A DNA stretch of 63,667 nucleotides, filler included, from Choristocarpus tenellus KU-1152 (GCA_964200185.2; 12 parts of 12 records of this genome joined end to end with filler, not necessarily neighbours in it), one strand, 5' to 3'. Numbered from the whole stretch's first letter, positions 1 to 13,511 are shown. Made by a program: numbers and translations. Notes: generated by a model from the sequence alone, not told the origin.

Positions 1-171
1 TCACCATGCAGTGAGACCCCCTGTATTGCTTATTCTTGTGCTCCCCCCAACCAGCTCCCCGCCCCCGCCCCCGCCCCCGGCCTCGCCGCTGGTCTCCCAC
101 ATCTGCCCTTTTTTGTTTTTGTTGGGGTTTTTCGTTTATTTTTGTTTTCACACCCCCACCTCTGCCTGCAG

Positions 172-330
172 CGCACGGGTCCGATTCCCAAGTCGAAAAA
201 GAATACTTGGAAGGCGAACACCAAGTACCGCCGGGACATGGATGGCGGTTTGCTTGCAAATAGAACTGCGAAAAAGAACCGAAAGGATCGCTATGGTCGC
301 AATGGTTTTGACAGTAGCGATCTGTTTTGA
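172..330 (+). CDS. Probable terminal exon of an unknown basic protein (RTGPIPKSKK...FDSSDLF*)
   Basis: GTGAGA donor at 11, pyrimidine-rich tract, CTGCAG acceptor ending at 171, open frame to TGA at 330. Confidence 0.5.
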   Translation, partial: RTGPIPKSKKNTWKANTKYRRDMDGGLLANRTAKKNRKDRYGRNGFDSSDLF

Positions 331-3189
331 GGACTTGCGAACCTGTCCCAAGTCCTGGTGTCCTGGTGTTTGAATTATTGGCCCGATCTCCCATGATCTG
401 CTGTGGGATTAACCCCCGACCACTATTTTCTAGGTTGGTGGGAAGTTTATCTTCTGGCTCAGTCTATGAAGGTTCACCGATGGCCTTTGAAGCAGTCGAG
501 AAGAACCTGCTTGTTCGGGTTTTTGTGTTGTATGAGGTGGTACCCCATATTATTTAGATCTCGTTTTTTCTGTCCTAACCCAAGGCTGGGTAGGGTGTGC
601 GCATGGGATTGTGCTGTTGTTCCTGTAGGAGGTACTTGTGCTAACCTGGTTGCAAGAAGGACAATAGGATAGAGTCACATTCACTACGGAGGTAAGCAAT
701 GATGGTACCTATTGGGGGAGCGTTAACTGGGATGGCTTACCACTATTTTAGTTGATGAAAATTGGAAAGTTGTGGCTACATACAGACATAAACACCATGA
801 TTTGTTACTCCCCGCTTCACATGTTTGGAATTTTCCAAGTAGTGCTTGCATCGCACTTCAATGTGCTCCCACGCTCCGTCCATGTCTGTCAAGGAAACCA
901 TACTGTGTTTTTAGATTTGATGCTATTTGGACATCCAATCTCCACCACCCAATTAATCGCGTGTATATTGAGGGGTAGATATCATAGGTATGATAAACGC
1001 AACAATTTACATTATGATTTGAAAAAGTACTAAGGAGTATTTATTTTCACCTTAGGGTACCCCAGAAAATGTATTGTAGTGTTGTTAATGTCGCATTGGG
1101 TCTATATCTCTAGGATGCCATTATTTGCCCTCCAACTTCAATTCCCATTACTCCATATTGTTTTTGTTGCCAGCATTAGCAATGTTGTTAATCTCTCCAT
1201 AACTAATTTGGTCTATTGAAGAATCGTAATGCTTAGTGGGAGGCACATTACATACACCCTTGGAAAAAATGTGCTGATGAGGGGGATTGCTATAACTCGT
1301 TGATAATTTGTGGGAAGGCATTTAAGGTAAGTGTGTAGGTGCTGCATTGAGCCCCACCAGTGAACCCTAAACTTCCTCCGCCTTTTCTTGAGAAACTAGG
1401 TTATTCATTAGAGAGCCCTTTCTTTTGTAGATGAAATAACAGGATGGGGAATTGGTAGCCCACGTAGATATGAGTTCATCTTCAAGTAAGTCTGTCACAA
1501 TAATATGGAGACTCCAAGTACATTTGCCTTTTTAGATAAAGTATCCTATTAGGTGGAAACACGGTTTCTTAAGGCATAGATAATAAAATCAACAGTTAAC
1601 AATACGATCACTGTGTACTCGTAAGTATGAGCTAGTGATATTTTTCGTTGAAAAAAACCAGTGTAGTTCATCCCAGCACACGCCTGTTACAAGAATATCA
1701 CAAAATGTGCTGGGTCGGGGTTGCCTTTCTTGTGCTTGTGAAGTCAATCAGTTTTGCAGGGAAGGGGAGTATTATTGTGAACAAGGTGAAGGGAAAACAG
1801 ATATTTTTGAGGGGTTGGCTAGATGAAGAATCCCTCCCTATTGGTGGGTGATTTTCTGTTCCCCTCATGAGTCGAAGTAACCTAGAGTGGGCTGTCGCTG
1901 AGTATTAAGGGCCTCTCTAACACCCTGGTGGCATATAATTTTCGAGTACCCAGCCCAAAACTGTCCACTGAGATTTTGGAGTCACTCTGACTCTCTGGTG
2001 GCGCGAGCTTTTGGAGCACCCAGTCTAAACCTGTTGCGTTTTCTCTGTTTTGTGGACACATTCGGTTTACAGAAGCAAGTTGTCCTTATTGATGCCACTT
2101 TGAACATTTTTCTATGAAATTCAAAAAAAATGCTTGGAATCCAAAATGGCAAAAAAGCACACCCTCCCCTCTAGGGTAGTTTGAATCAACATCATCTAGT
2201 ATCCAACGCAGCCTTTGGTCTGGCAGGAGGAAGATGAGTACGTACACAACATAAAATTGTATGACGGTCTCGACCATCCCCACCATTCCAGGAAGTCTTA
2301 GTTTTTTCGACACATAAATAAGGGAATAGATAGAGAGGGGTCCAAAATGTATTCCTATGGCATGTTCTTGTGCCATGAATAATAATGTTATGCATGTCTA
2401 AGTGGATTTAGTAAAGATGCACCTCCAACAACTCTGGACAAATTGGTACAAAATATGACGCATAACAATAATTATTCATACATTTTATGTTAATATCCTT
2501 GATACCACAAAGTATTTTAAAACACTACTGTTATGGGAAACTTGCACTTATAGCAACAACAGAAAGAAGTGTTAAACTGTGCATAACACACGTTCACTCA
2601 CCAGCCCTCATACCTGGGTACAATACAGTATGCGTGTATGTACCTTTGCACATGACATGATGATGCAAGGCAACTAACTCCTGTAGGTATGATAGTACAT
2701 TGAAATATACAATTTACATTTTCTGTGCAGTAGTACTACTTTATTTACGTCATAGAAAGACGTCTGTTTCTTGTTTTGAAATATAATAAAAAATAAAATA
2801 CAGCAACCCCATTCTTGTTGTAAGGAAAACAGGTAGATGTACAGATTCAGAGCTCTGCGGTTGTTGTGTTCATTGTGTTTCTCTTCTTGTACTCCAATAT
2901 GTTTCTATCTCCACAGGAAAACCTCGTTGCAAGTTGTCTGTGGGCATAAAATGTAATGCTACGTTCGTAGTATTTCATGCAATGGATTTATGGTTATTCA
3001 CTCTATTACATAATATGATCGCAAGGTAAGGTTACATATACTTGCTCGTTTTGTAAGGCCAAGATTTTTTACTATGCTCTATTATGACTTTTTGCAGATG
3101 TGTCAGGGAGAAAAAGAATGAAAACTACTCACATGTCAGAAAAATCCCTAAAAAGGTAGCAGTTGTCGTAAAATATGAAAGACATTAAT

Positions 3190-4166
3190 CTATTTACTAC
3201 TTTACTGCCTTCCTGTGCCTCCAACCTAGCTTAGTCCTGAGCCCTAGGGTGAGGAGCTAGGGAAGTATCCCAAGAATCTAACAAGCCCCTCAATGCTCAT
3301 CTCCCTGGTGTCTCCAGCTTAAAATGCGTAACATGTCTAGATACGGCTACCTGCGTTGTGACTGAGACTATCTGGCATAGACGGGATTTGACCGCCCCTT
3401 TTCTCCTGTAGTCTCTTGTCCCTCTCCCCCCTACTGTGTGCATAGCTACCTCATCCAGAAAACGTTTCGCTTGCTTACCGAGGCGCCCAAAACCTTCCAC
3501 TGTGAAGGTGTCGAGGTTAAAACTACTAGAGTCAAAAGAACCCTTGTAGCGGATGCGCTTTCGCACCTCAGCTGCAGCAGCAGCTACACCATCGCTGGTG
3601 GATGAGTGTGAAAGATGGGAGGATGCCTGAACTTCTGCAAACGCAACATCAAGGAGGAGGCCTTTGTCTCTGTAGGGAGCTGATCCGGCGTCCGCAAGTG
3701 CCCCTGCATGGAAGACCAGATCCATGCGAAAATTTATGTCCACTATGAATGGGCTATCATCTTCCATAGCACAAGGGATGCCCATTCCTTTGCAAAGTTT
3801 ACCCAGACACTTCACCATCGGTGTGTGTTGGCGAACCTGTCCTCCTGCCCTAGGGCAGTTACATGCATGTCTGGTGTCTACATTTTGCCTCCTGCAACCA
3901 GTCACCAGGCACCTGTTCGATAGGGCATTCTCTCTCCCTAGGGATCTGCTGGTGGTGAGTTTAGACTCGACAGGGGAGATCTGGCATGCCAGCTCCAGGA
4001 GTTGTGTTGAGACCCATGCATTTGCCCCTTGTCCACATTGGGTCCGATAGCGTACCAGGGTTAACAAAGAATTTTCCTTCCCTTGCTCCACATCATCAGG
4101 TAAGTCGGCCAATTGGTTCCGGAAAGAGTTGAAGCGGATCCTGTTTAGGAGGCAGGTGATCTCCAA
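3190..4166 (-). mobile_element. 5'-truncated CRE-like non-LTR retrotransposon (zinc finger plus restriction-like endonuclease C-terminus, 3' UTR)
   Basis: ORF 3297-4166 has C..C/H..C, RMD, LLDVAFAE, AEVRKRIRY and FTVEGFGRLG motifs typical of RLE-bearing early-branching LINEs. Homologous copies occur elsewhere in the window. Confidence 0.75.
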
Positions 4167-4408
4167 GATCTATTTGTAGTATTTAGATGGGGTTTTTTTA
4201 ATCTTCCTATTTACCGCTGTGTGTAAACACATGATGGAGTTCTATATCATAGTTATAGTTATTATATGCTACTTGCACAGTAGGCGTTGTAACAGAAATA
4301 GCTATGACAAGGTCATGACTGCAACTACAAGGAGGTAAACACCTGAATGATCGACAAGCAGTGAGTGCCGTCCTTCCATTTTACATTCATTCTGAGCATA
4401 ACTCACAA

Positions 4409-4715
4409 CAGCTAAACCAATCAAGAGGTATGCAGGTTTGGACCTTTTGGTGTTCAAAACCATATTTCTTACCCTGTGTTATACGCCCTATTTTATTGCT
4501 ATATTGTGGACAATAGTGCCCATAAAATTGTTATTTCAGATGGGATTCAAATTGATTGTCCCTATTCGATCTCGACTTCGGGTTCCTCCTTTCCTTAGAC
4601 AAAGTGACAATATCATTCAGCAAAGGCTCTTTGTGCAATTTTACAAAACGGCATCTTTTGCCCTTCTCGGGATCCTTAAAACGCAACCCTGCCTACCTCT
4701 CAGTTGGTTTGACTC
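4409..4715. mobile_element. MITE family C copy (degenerate)
   Basis: Similar along its length to 19412-19672, 23301-23559 and 23924-24185, with (GA)GCYAAACCAA / TTGGYTTGACTC inverted ends. Confidence 0.65.
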
Positions 4716-5392
4716 TTCACCTGTGGTCGTTGGTTATTACACCGGAGTCAGATCGTAGTAACAGGTGGGTGTAACAATTGCACCCTTGTTATGGAAGCAG
4801 CATGTATGGAATGAGAGGATGAGAAAAATTGAAGTTGAAGGGTTGGTTATTGTGGTTTTGAATCAGATACTAACGGTGAGGTTTGCAATGACTACTTCTA
4901 CAGCGACTAATGAACGAGAAGGTTTGTGTGGTGACTGTATTATAAACGATTGGTTGGTTAGAAGTTGGACAAGAGGTTTATGTTGTAGATGTTGAGGAGA
5001 GACTAGACGTTGCTTTTACGGCTCATCTACTGAGATCTGCTAAGAAAAGCTTTAATGGTGACCTTCTAAGTCTTCTTGCTCTCAATGCTATTTAGGACAG
5101 TCCTGGCTTACAGGTTAATTAATCAAGGCATCTGAGGGGGGGGGTGACTGTCCATTCAAGGTCCATTTTTCCATGTCGCGATTTTTGGGTGACTTGGTTG
5201 CATACGTCGGATGGACAATGAAAATGCACTTATCGTGGTCAGGGCCCGAATGTGTTGTTCATGTAAGGTCGATGATGAACCTGGTGATCTTCCGCAGCTG
5301 TAGACTGTATAGGTTGATTGCGAAATGTGGTAAATAAATGTCACTCCACAATTCCACAACACGAGATACCCTATGTTCATGGTTCACCTGAT

Positions 5393-5448
5393 GGGTCAAA
5401 GTATCTGGGAGGGGGGTATCGGCGTCCGTTTTTCATCCCTTTTTCGAT
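5393..5448. mobile_element. MITE family A end fragment. Other partial copies near 5127-5240, 8855-8896, 9030-9078, 27717-27819, 46168-46320, 50010-50066, 57089-57162, 57385-57418
   Basis: CAAAGTATCTGGGGG TIR motif, mostly abutting contig ends. Confidence 0.7.
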
Positions 5449-5548
5449 NNNNNNNNNNNNNNNNNNNNNNNNNNNNNNNNNNNNNNNNNNNNTTAATTAA
5501 TTAANNNNNNNNNNNNNNNNNNNNNNNNNNNNNNNNNNNNNNNNNNNN
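5449..5548. other. Artificial contig linker (N44-TTAATTAATTAA-N44). Identical linkers at 8897-8996, 13054-13153, 17199-17298, 24439-24538, 27617-27716, 42652-42751, 46321-46420, 49910-50009, 57163-57262, 59801-59900
   Basis: Identical 100-nt spacer with stop codons in all six frames, repeated 11 times. Adjacency across it carries no biological meaning. Confidence 0.98.
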
Positions 5549-5661
5549 GGACTGATAAATGTGTGAGATCATGTGTCCACCTTTTTTCTGGGCCCCCCAC
5601 GGTTGGAAGAGGCCCCCCCCCCCTTTTTTTTTCTTTGGGTGATATTTGGAGTGTGCCAAAA

Positions 5662-5846
5662 GACTCAAAGTATCTGTGGGGAGGGAGGGTCTACATCAGG
5701 GTGTCCATTTGGACCATGACCAGGAAAAGTGCACTTACATTATCCATCCAATGTATGTAACCAAATCACACAAAAATCTTGACATGAAAAAATTGACCCC
5801 AAATGGACAGCTGCCACCTCCCCCCCCCCCCCAGATACTTTGAGCC
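5662..5846. mobile_element. MITE family A (Sola2-like), full copy
   Basis: TIR GACTCAAAGTATCTG..GGG / CCCCAGATACTTTGAGCC, flanked by AAAA on both sides. Near-identical to 20701-20880. Confidence 0.8.
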
Positions 5847-6330
5847 AAAAATCCTTTATTTCTTTTCTTTTTTATTTATTTTTCTGGTTTGGTGTTTTTT
5901 AAGAGAGGATTCAGCGCAAGGTAGTAGGTAGGTTCAAAGCGGAGTGCACGCTTTTCGTTTCACTTTGTAGGTAGGTTATGGTCATATGGTCTGGGTCATA
6001 ACCCTATAAATGAGGGGGGTGTTGAGTCTTAAAGGACCCTTACGACTGACCACCTTTGTGTTTCATGGGTTTTGTTACTACTGTGGATGGCGCTTTTGGA
6101 TGATAAGTGTGTTCATGTACGATCCTTGTTTCTACAGCTGCACAGCTGTCCTCCTAATCCTAAGGGGAGGAAAGTTAACTGCATCATTTTGGGCATGGGC
6201 ACAGTTATATGTTTGTTTTTTTCTAATCAAGGTTAATAAAGGCCCTGAAACTCGAAAGGGTTCAAATGAAACCCCCTCTTGGAGGACTTCACTTTATTGT
6301 CTACACACGCCTTCCATGCATGCATGCACG

Positions 6331-6332
<2 letters not shown>

Positions 6333-6368
<36 letters not shown>
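6333..6368. repeat. (TG)n microsatellite
   Basis: Perfect dinucleotide run. Confidence 0.95.
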
Positions 6369-6369
<1 letters not shown>

Positions 6370-9274
6370 ATTTTGTTGGGTGTTTTTGAATGATAAATAT
6401 ATGTGAGATAAATGTGTGTTAACTTCACGTCTCGTCTGTATGTGTTCCACGGTTCATCGAGTGATTTTTTTGAGGTTAGGGTTATGGATTTTGTAGTGCG
6501 GTCTGTTCTCAGTTAACGCATTTGAGTTAAGAGAGGGAATATGATATGTTACAGCAGGGTGTACCCTATTTCAGTCTTTATTTGATGATGCAAAACACCA
6601 TGTATGTTGTTATGTTACGGTGAAATTATACACAGCATATACAGACCGTCCCATTAGAAGAGTGATTTCATCTTTTTGCATCATGAGTGAGTGCCCACTG
6701 CTGCTGCACCCCCTGCAGTGATCACAACGTGCCAAAAGGTTAAGGTGTATGGGAGAAGAGTCGTGTCCACTGTTGTGTAGAAGTAGAATCCTGCTCATTC
6801 TGTATCTTTTAAATAATAGTGATATTGTTACATCCGTTCCTCTCGACGCTGGAGTATTTTGTTACTGTTGTTGTCATTTGATACATATTATTGTACATCC
6901 TTGTAACTAATAAAAAATATTTCGGAACAAAGAATAAGAAATGATCAGTATGACTGTTTTTAAAAAAAACATACATGCAAGACTTGACTATTGCTAAGAA
7001 TGAGCCTCCATCTCTTGTACTTTTCACATGACTATATTTCATGGTGAACGGAGTTTTGCAATGCACTTTTATTTGTATGTGTGTGTGCCCCCAATATTGC
7101 CAACAATGATTATTCCTAGTTGTATTTTCTTCTTTGCATTGCAATGTATAATTATCTTGTTATTGAAATAGTAAAGCTGTTCTGATATCAGCCCTAACCC
7201 TCGATTGAGAGTACTCCAGAACGTTCCTTAGTATACTGTGATGTGCATCTATTATATTTGTAATAGTATTGACTGCCATAGTAATCAAAGCCAAACCGCT
7301 GATAGTTCTCAAAAATCGCTATTCTCTCTCTTTCCATCTCTGGTGCTTGATTTTTTTTATTTTTTGCTGACAAGTCGTATTCTTTGAAAAAAATCATGTG
7401 TGCAACAATGACAAGTGAAACAAGTAGTACGTCTCTGTCTATATATGCAAGAACACAATATTATTTTCACCTCGATTTTTTATTAATTGATGTAATAATG
7501 TTCTTTTGTATGCTTTTGAATTGATGAGGAGATGTTGCTGCGATGCTTGTGTTTAGAGTGGAGTACAGGTTTTTAAGTTTCTCCTTTTGGGGGATTCTGG
7601 CAAAGAGGCGGTAGAGGCAGGCACAAATGTATTACTAATATCATTACTTATATATTAATAGTAGCAGTATTGGATGCATTTTCTTTTTAAATGGGGAGAG
7701 CAAGAATATATATTATATATATATGGAAATGATGGTGAATATGATGAAGAATCTAATAGTTTAATCTTGAAGGATTTTAAAGGGAAACGTGACATCTGAG
7801 CGCATCCACATGCATCACCCAACACACACACCCTCACATACCTGTATTGTGTCTTTGTGGTGAATTCTATTGGATTGATATCATCTTGTAATCGTGTATG
7901 GTAATTGATGTGTCATTTCAATTTTTTTGAAGCATGTGCAGGGTCAGGACTCCTTCCATCTCTCCCTCGAAGATGCACCACAGTATTTGTGCTGTTTCTA
8001 TGCCCCCACCCTCCTTGCTATCATGCGAGAACCTTCTTTTTTCTGGAAATATCAATAACATACTTACATTCTTCCCGGCAAGACATACTCATTCATTTGT
8101 GTATGAGAATGTGAACGATTGGTCTCATGCCTTTCGTCAACACACTATATTTTATTTTACTATACTTCGTTGCCGACAGATTCCTTGCTCTAGCGAGGTC
8201 AGGCTGGAAGGATTCAAGAACTGATTGTCCAAGGCCACCATCGACGCCAAAATGATTGAATCGAGGGGGTCTGAGAAGGGCATGGTCATGGACAAGATTG
8301 GCACCAAAATTAAGGACATTGATATCAAGTCCCGGCTAGTGAGCGTTGATTTGGGGGAGCGGGGGAGAAGTGTATGTTATAGAGCTGAATCGAATGTGTT
8401 GGGATTAAGAATGAGCTATTATTGTGTTGTGACCTTTAGGTGAGATACTTCATGTTCTACTGCAGTAGTGTCGTAAGTGCTTGAAGCACAAACATCACTC
8501 ATTGTCCGTCAGACTTGTACTTGTACTTGACACCTCAAGGGCAAAACAAACAGGGGTGGAGCTCCTTGCTTCTCCATGTACTAATCAGTAAACACACACA
8601 CCGCCTGTTGGTACATTCACATTATCGAGTTTTTGTTTTTGTTGTGTATATTTTTGTTTCCAAACATAAGTCCCAACCAAAGGTGGTTTGGAAACACAGC
8701 GAGACTAGAAGTTGCTGGATGCAGGGTAGGTAAAGCTACCTCGGCAGACGGAGGGATTCTTTTGTGGCGAGGAAGGCAGAGTGCAGCATGCTAGATTCCA
8801 TATCAAACAGGTAACTAGAAGGTCGAGGGGTGGGTTCTAGAAAAATATATTTTTTGCTCAAAGAATCTATGGGGGAGGGGGGGGGTCTACACCAGGNNNN
8901 NNNNNNNNNNNNNNNNNNNNNNNNNNNNNNNNNNNNNNNNTTAATTAATTAANNNNNNNNNNNNNNNNNNNNNNNNNNNNNNNNNNNNNNNNNNNNGGGG
9001 TACTGGGGTTCAAACGTGTGCCCTTCCCATCCTCCCTGGTGTAGCCCCCCCCCCCCCCCCCTCAGATACTTTGGGTCATTTCAATCTATTTCACCTAACT
9101 GTATCGATTGATTGACTACCTACACAATAATAAATATTACAGTAAAGCAACAATTTTGCAGGTCAAAAGACAAGAGTTGATATGATGTGAGTGGAAGCTA
9201 CTACTGATAGGTTACCCTCCTGTGAGTGTTCACTACATATCTACCAAGCAGTGCATAGTTTTTAATGGTCCCAC

Positions 9275-10068
9275 CTTGCGGCGGCAACTTCACTTTTTAG
9301 CTCTTCTATCTCGGAGGAACCCGTGCCTCCCACCTTTTCGGTGGGGGATACGTTGGAAGAGGCCTTGGATTCCAAGGATTTAATCAGTATTTCGTTTTTT
9401 TTATTTGCATCAGCCAGTTTGTCCTCTAGCTCACGTACTCGAGCTGGGACAGTTTTTCCCTCAGTCCATGATCCCTGATTCATTGTGTCGCCTTCTTCTT
9501 CTTCCTTCCTCAAAGCATTTATTGGGTCGTGGGACGCAGACTCTGGTCCAGGGCTATCGTTTGCGAAGTCATCAGCGTAGGACGTGGCACTTGGATTCAC
9601 ACTTACTACCGCTGGACCTGCATCTGAACTATCAAACTCGTCCTTTTCATAGGCACTTCCCTTTGATCAGTAGTACGAATTTAGCGTTGTTAGAGGTTAG
9701 GACGAGGGTATCGAGTCTCTCTTTTTGCCACTTGATTGAGGAGAGGGATGTAAGTAAGGTTTATCAAACATGATAAAGGAGTCATCATTCCTAATCATCT
9801 ACTTGGCAAAGCTCACCTCCTCCTCGTCCTCTGTATTGGACCTATCATCCCTCACGTCTTCAGTGCTCCTATTGATATGGCAAATCTCCGCTGCTGTACT
9901 CTTGTCGTCAAACTCGTCTACGTCGTAGTGGGTATCAGAGTCAAAATCCAACTCTTCCTGACTATCTGATGCTTCCTGGTTTCCCGTCGATGCCTTGAAT
10001 TCCTCAGATTCTAACGTTGGATCATCGGTATACACTGAATTCGATTCTATTGATTGTTCGTCAGTCAT
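9275..10068 (-). CDS. 5' part of an acidic/coiled-coil protein of unknown function. Exons 10068-9817 and 9660-9275; continues beyond the contig
   Basis: ATG at 10068, phase-0 GAG|GTGAGC donor, CAAAG|GGA acceptor keeps the frame, AG|GTGGGA donor at 9274. D/E-rich start followed by a heptad-like RVRELEDKLADANKKNEIL segment. Confidence 0.7.
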
Positions 10069-10568
10069 GATGACTGAGATCGCAAAAATGGACTGCGGGG
10101 TCCTGAAAAGGTGGGCTAATTCAAATTTATTAGGAGTTTTGGTTGAAACGTCGTGCCCCAAACACGCCTCGACGATTATTCGAAACCTTTGCTCTTCTAG
10201 TTTAACGTGAGTTAGGAACACTCCTGCATCGAACCCTTGCCTGTACAGGTTAAAGTTTTTATGTTATTGAACGAAAGTGCAGCTCACCTCTTTCTCTAGC
10301 CTAATCTTTGTGGTCCGGTGTGCTTTGATCTGGGGAACAAGTCTCTGACACAGGGTTAGCGTTTCCTTGTTCGAGTTAGTGAACAAATTCAAATTTCTTG
10401 CTTGTGCGGACAAAGCTTCGTTCTCACACCTTACTTCAACCAGGACTATAGTTGTTTAAACAACGTTGCTAGATCTTTCCCGGTGCGAGGGGGTGAAGGT
10501 TAGATCACCCACCAAGATCTTCGGTTACCTTGCTTCACCTTCAAAATCTTGGTGAAGTCCTTGCCGTC

Positions 10569-12992
10569 ATGGGCTGCAACTCGAGTTCTCACAACCCACC
10601 GAAATCCCCCGTGAAAAAGTGCACAAGGGTCCCTTCTGTTCAAATCTTCTCTCTCTTAAAGGTTGGTGTCGATGCTCGACCAGGGGTGTAAGGATAGATA
10701 CCGGACTTAAGCAATCCTTTCATGCAGTTTTCTGACCGGTGATGTTGTGGTCATTCGAGCGTCATTATCCTATCATTTCCTCTTCCGCACACCCACCTAC
10801 GCCTCCATCTAATTGGATCCAGGCATCTGAGTTGGAGGAACGCCTAGTGCAGGCATTGAAAGAGCGGAAGTCGAATATAGATAAAGAGGATGGTACTGCA
10901 GACGTCTTCAGCTTCGCCAAGATCATTCTGAGGTTCGGGAGTATGGAGCGAGCACTCAAGCACGTTGAGGTGAGCCCTATTCACAGTCATACCCTGTGGC
11001 CTCCAGGTGCCCAGACATATCCTGGAAATATGAAGAGGTAACAGAGTGAAAGCGCACGCAACTTCAACACACTCAAGTGCGAACTCGCAATCGCGCAGGT
11101 TTGAACTTCCAACTATTTTCTGTTCCTGAGCATGGCAATGTGCTTACTTTGAAGCTCGCCACATGGCCTTTCTATTGGAGAGCTTTGCCCTCAATGGATG
11201 TCTCACGTGCCGACATGCAGTCACAACGGGTGTTCCTCTCAATTGCCCGTGCGATATTATCCAACATACTCCGTGTTTGCTGTATGGGCATCCCCTTCTC
11301 ATCCCTACCTTCCCATCTAACCTGTACATTTGATCTGATGCTGAGATAGGCGGTATATCATAGTGTTGTGGACGGAGGCAGGGCAGTGAGTAAGGAGGAG
11401 CTCAAAGAGGCATTGTCCACAGGGAATGTGAGTGGCTCGAATGAATCGATCATCCCTTAGACTCAGCTGCAATTGACTGCGGAGATTGGGAAGTTGAACA
11501 AGTCTTCTGTCCTCTTTCCATCATGTGAATGAACCAGCAAATTATTCTAGCCTTGATGATTATCCTAATCTTAGACCTTACCATATCTACAAACCCGTTG
11601 TCAATGTTCTTGTAGATCCCTCCCACCCTTTATTCTATTTCATTTGCCCCCCTGCTGCTTTGTCTCTGAGCTGCTCCACCGCAGCGACCAAACTCCATGT
11701 CATCTTGCCATCATTGATTTTTCTGATTGACACTGATGAAAAGATGAACTGAAGCCCTAATTGTCATGTTTGACTTGTCCTATGCCATCTCCACATCGTA
11801 GGTAACCTTGGATAGTGTTTGGGCTGATGACCTCCTGCTATTGTGTGATGTACGCAACACTAACTTGCTGGGGCTGCGGGAGTTCCTAGTTATGCTTGCT
11901 GTGGGGCGTCTGTGCCAGGTTATGCCTCAGGTGAGACGCTTGGATGCAGGGATTGAGGGTGGGCGAAATCACCCAATACAGTCAGTATTAATGGAGGAGA
12001 GTGTTTTTTTGAAGGACCGAGGGATGGGGAGGGAGGGGTACCCATTTAAATATTCCTTAAAAAGCAAAGCATCTTTGCCCTTCTCTTGCACCTCGAGCGA
12101 CGGTAGTGCTTGTACTCCATCTGCTTCACGCCTTTGCAACACGTGGGTATCACTCCCTTCTTGGTTGTGCAACCCAGTCTGCTCATGGGTTCCCACTTTT
12201 CTTTGCTCTTGTATTCTATTTTTATTCACCACCATGCCATTTGGCGATCCAGGTATCAACTGTGTTGGATGTGGCCAGTAATAGTGGGCCGCATAATTCT
12301 GGGGGACAGATGAGAACAGCAAGGGTGGTAGATACAGGTGGAGTGGTGGCCACTCCTGAGGTCAAAGGGAAGGCGAATGGAATCTCTGGTGGTATGACTG
12401 CTATCAATGAAAATGAGGAACGGACAGTAAGTCTCTTAATTTCTTCTTCCTGCCTCCCACTGCCTTATTAATGGTCTGTTGTTCTTTAGTCATGTACCCT
12501 TGAGGTCATTTCCTCCCCTATTTTTGTCAAGCTCAACCTCCAACCCCCGAACAGCCAGCAACACCTTCCTTACTTGTAGGGTCTTGGTGATGGGCTGTTG
12601 ACAATCAATATACATGAGCCGAGAATCGTAATGGAGTGTGAGTTGCTTATAGCTGATGCAAATGAACCTCAACCACCTCTCTTCCAACCCCTGGCCCCAC
12701 TACCTCTTTCTGGAATGCCCACCCTTGTCTTGCCAAGCCATCTATGGTGCTCTACCGCACTCACTTACCTGGAAGAGATGTAGGAGTTGGGCAGAACTTG
12801 CAGCCAATGAGGGAGGCGCTTGATGATCACAAGGAAGAAGAACAAAAGGACGATGATGATGCTAGCAACAATGACGATAGGAACAACAGTATAATGGTGG
12901 GGGTGGGAACAGGGAAAGAAGAGGCAGCAGTAGCAAGAGCAGAGGGCAGGGGAGGAGGATTGCCACGAATGTCGAGCTTTAACCGATTCAAG
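10569..12992 (+). CDS. N-acylated calmodulin-like (CML21/22-like) protein with degenerate EF-hands, partial. Exons 10569-10661, 10823-10969, 11350-11427, 11802-11930, 12253-12426; later exons uncertain up to 12992
   Basis: MGCNSS myristoylation/palmitoylation start. SFAKIILRF..., VSKEELKEAL and DDLLLLCDVRNTNLLGLREFLVML resemble plant CML21 (SFNSIILKF..., CDINEDMGMKFNEFIVLL). First five exons join in phase 0 with GT-AG. Confidence 0.65.
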
Positions 12993-13256
12993 GTGTGTAG
13001 CGTATGACTTTGAGGGGGTGGGGGAGGGGGATTTGCCACCAGCTGGTACGGGGNNNNNNNNNNNNNNNNNNNNNNNNNNNNNNNNNNNNNNNNNNNNTTA
13101 ATTAATTAANNNNNNNNNNNNNNNNNNNNNNNNNNNNNNNNNNNNNNNNNNNNCACTTCCCAGAACTACTACGGACACATCCCCCCCCCCCCCCCCCCCC
13201 CCCCGCGCGCGCGCCCTGCCTGACCCTGAAGTCCTTGCTATCCCCTTCAAAGACAC

Positions 13257-13473
13257 CTGCTTGTGATTGCGCCTGTCCAGCGCCATTCGCCGCACCCAGA
13301 AGGCCCGGAAGAACTCTGGAAGTATCTCCTCCCTGACATAGGTGGCATCAACGCCATCAGTTGCTACACACTGCTTCACCACCTTTAGAACAATCTTCTT
13401 CATTTCCTCATCTGGAGACTGAAACACAAAGACCACAACAGTATATATATATACATATATATTTCCAATTAGG

Positions 13474-13511
<38 letters not shown>

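Noticed and set aside
5493-5504. Regularly recurring TTAATTAATTAA palindrome
   Set aside because: Synthetic six-frame stop linker embedded in Ns; not biological. Gene neighbourhoods across linkers are meaningless.
8855-9078. MITE halves facing each other across linkers, suggesting true adjacency of contigs
   Set aside because: High-copy G-run MITEs commonly break assemblies, and matching TSDs across the linkers were not found.
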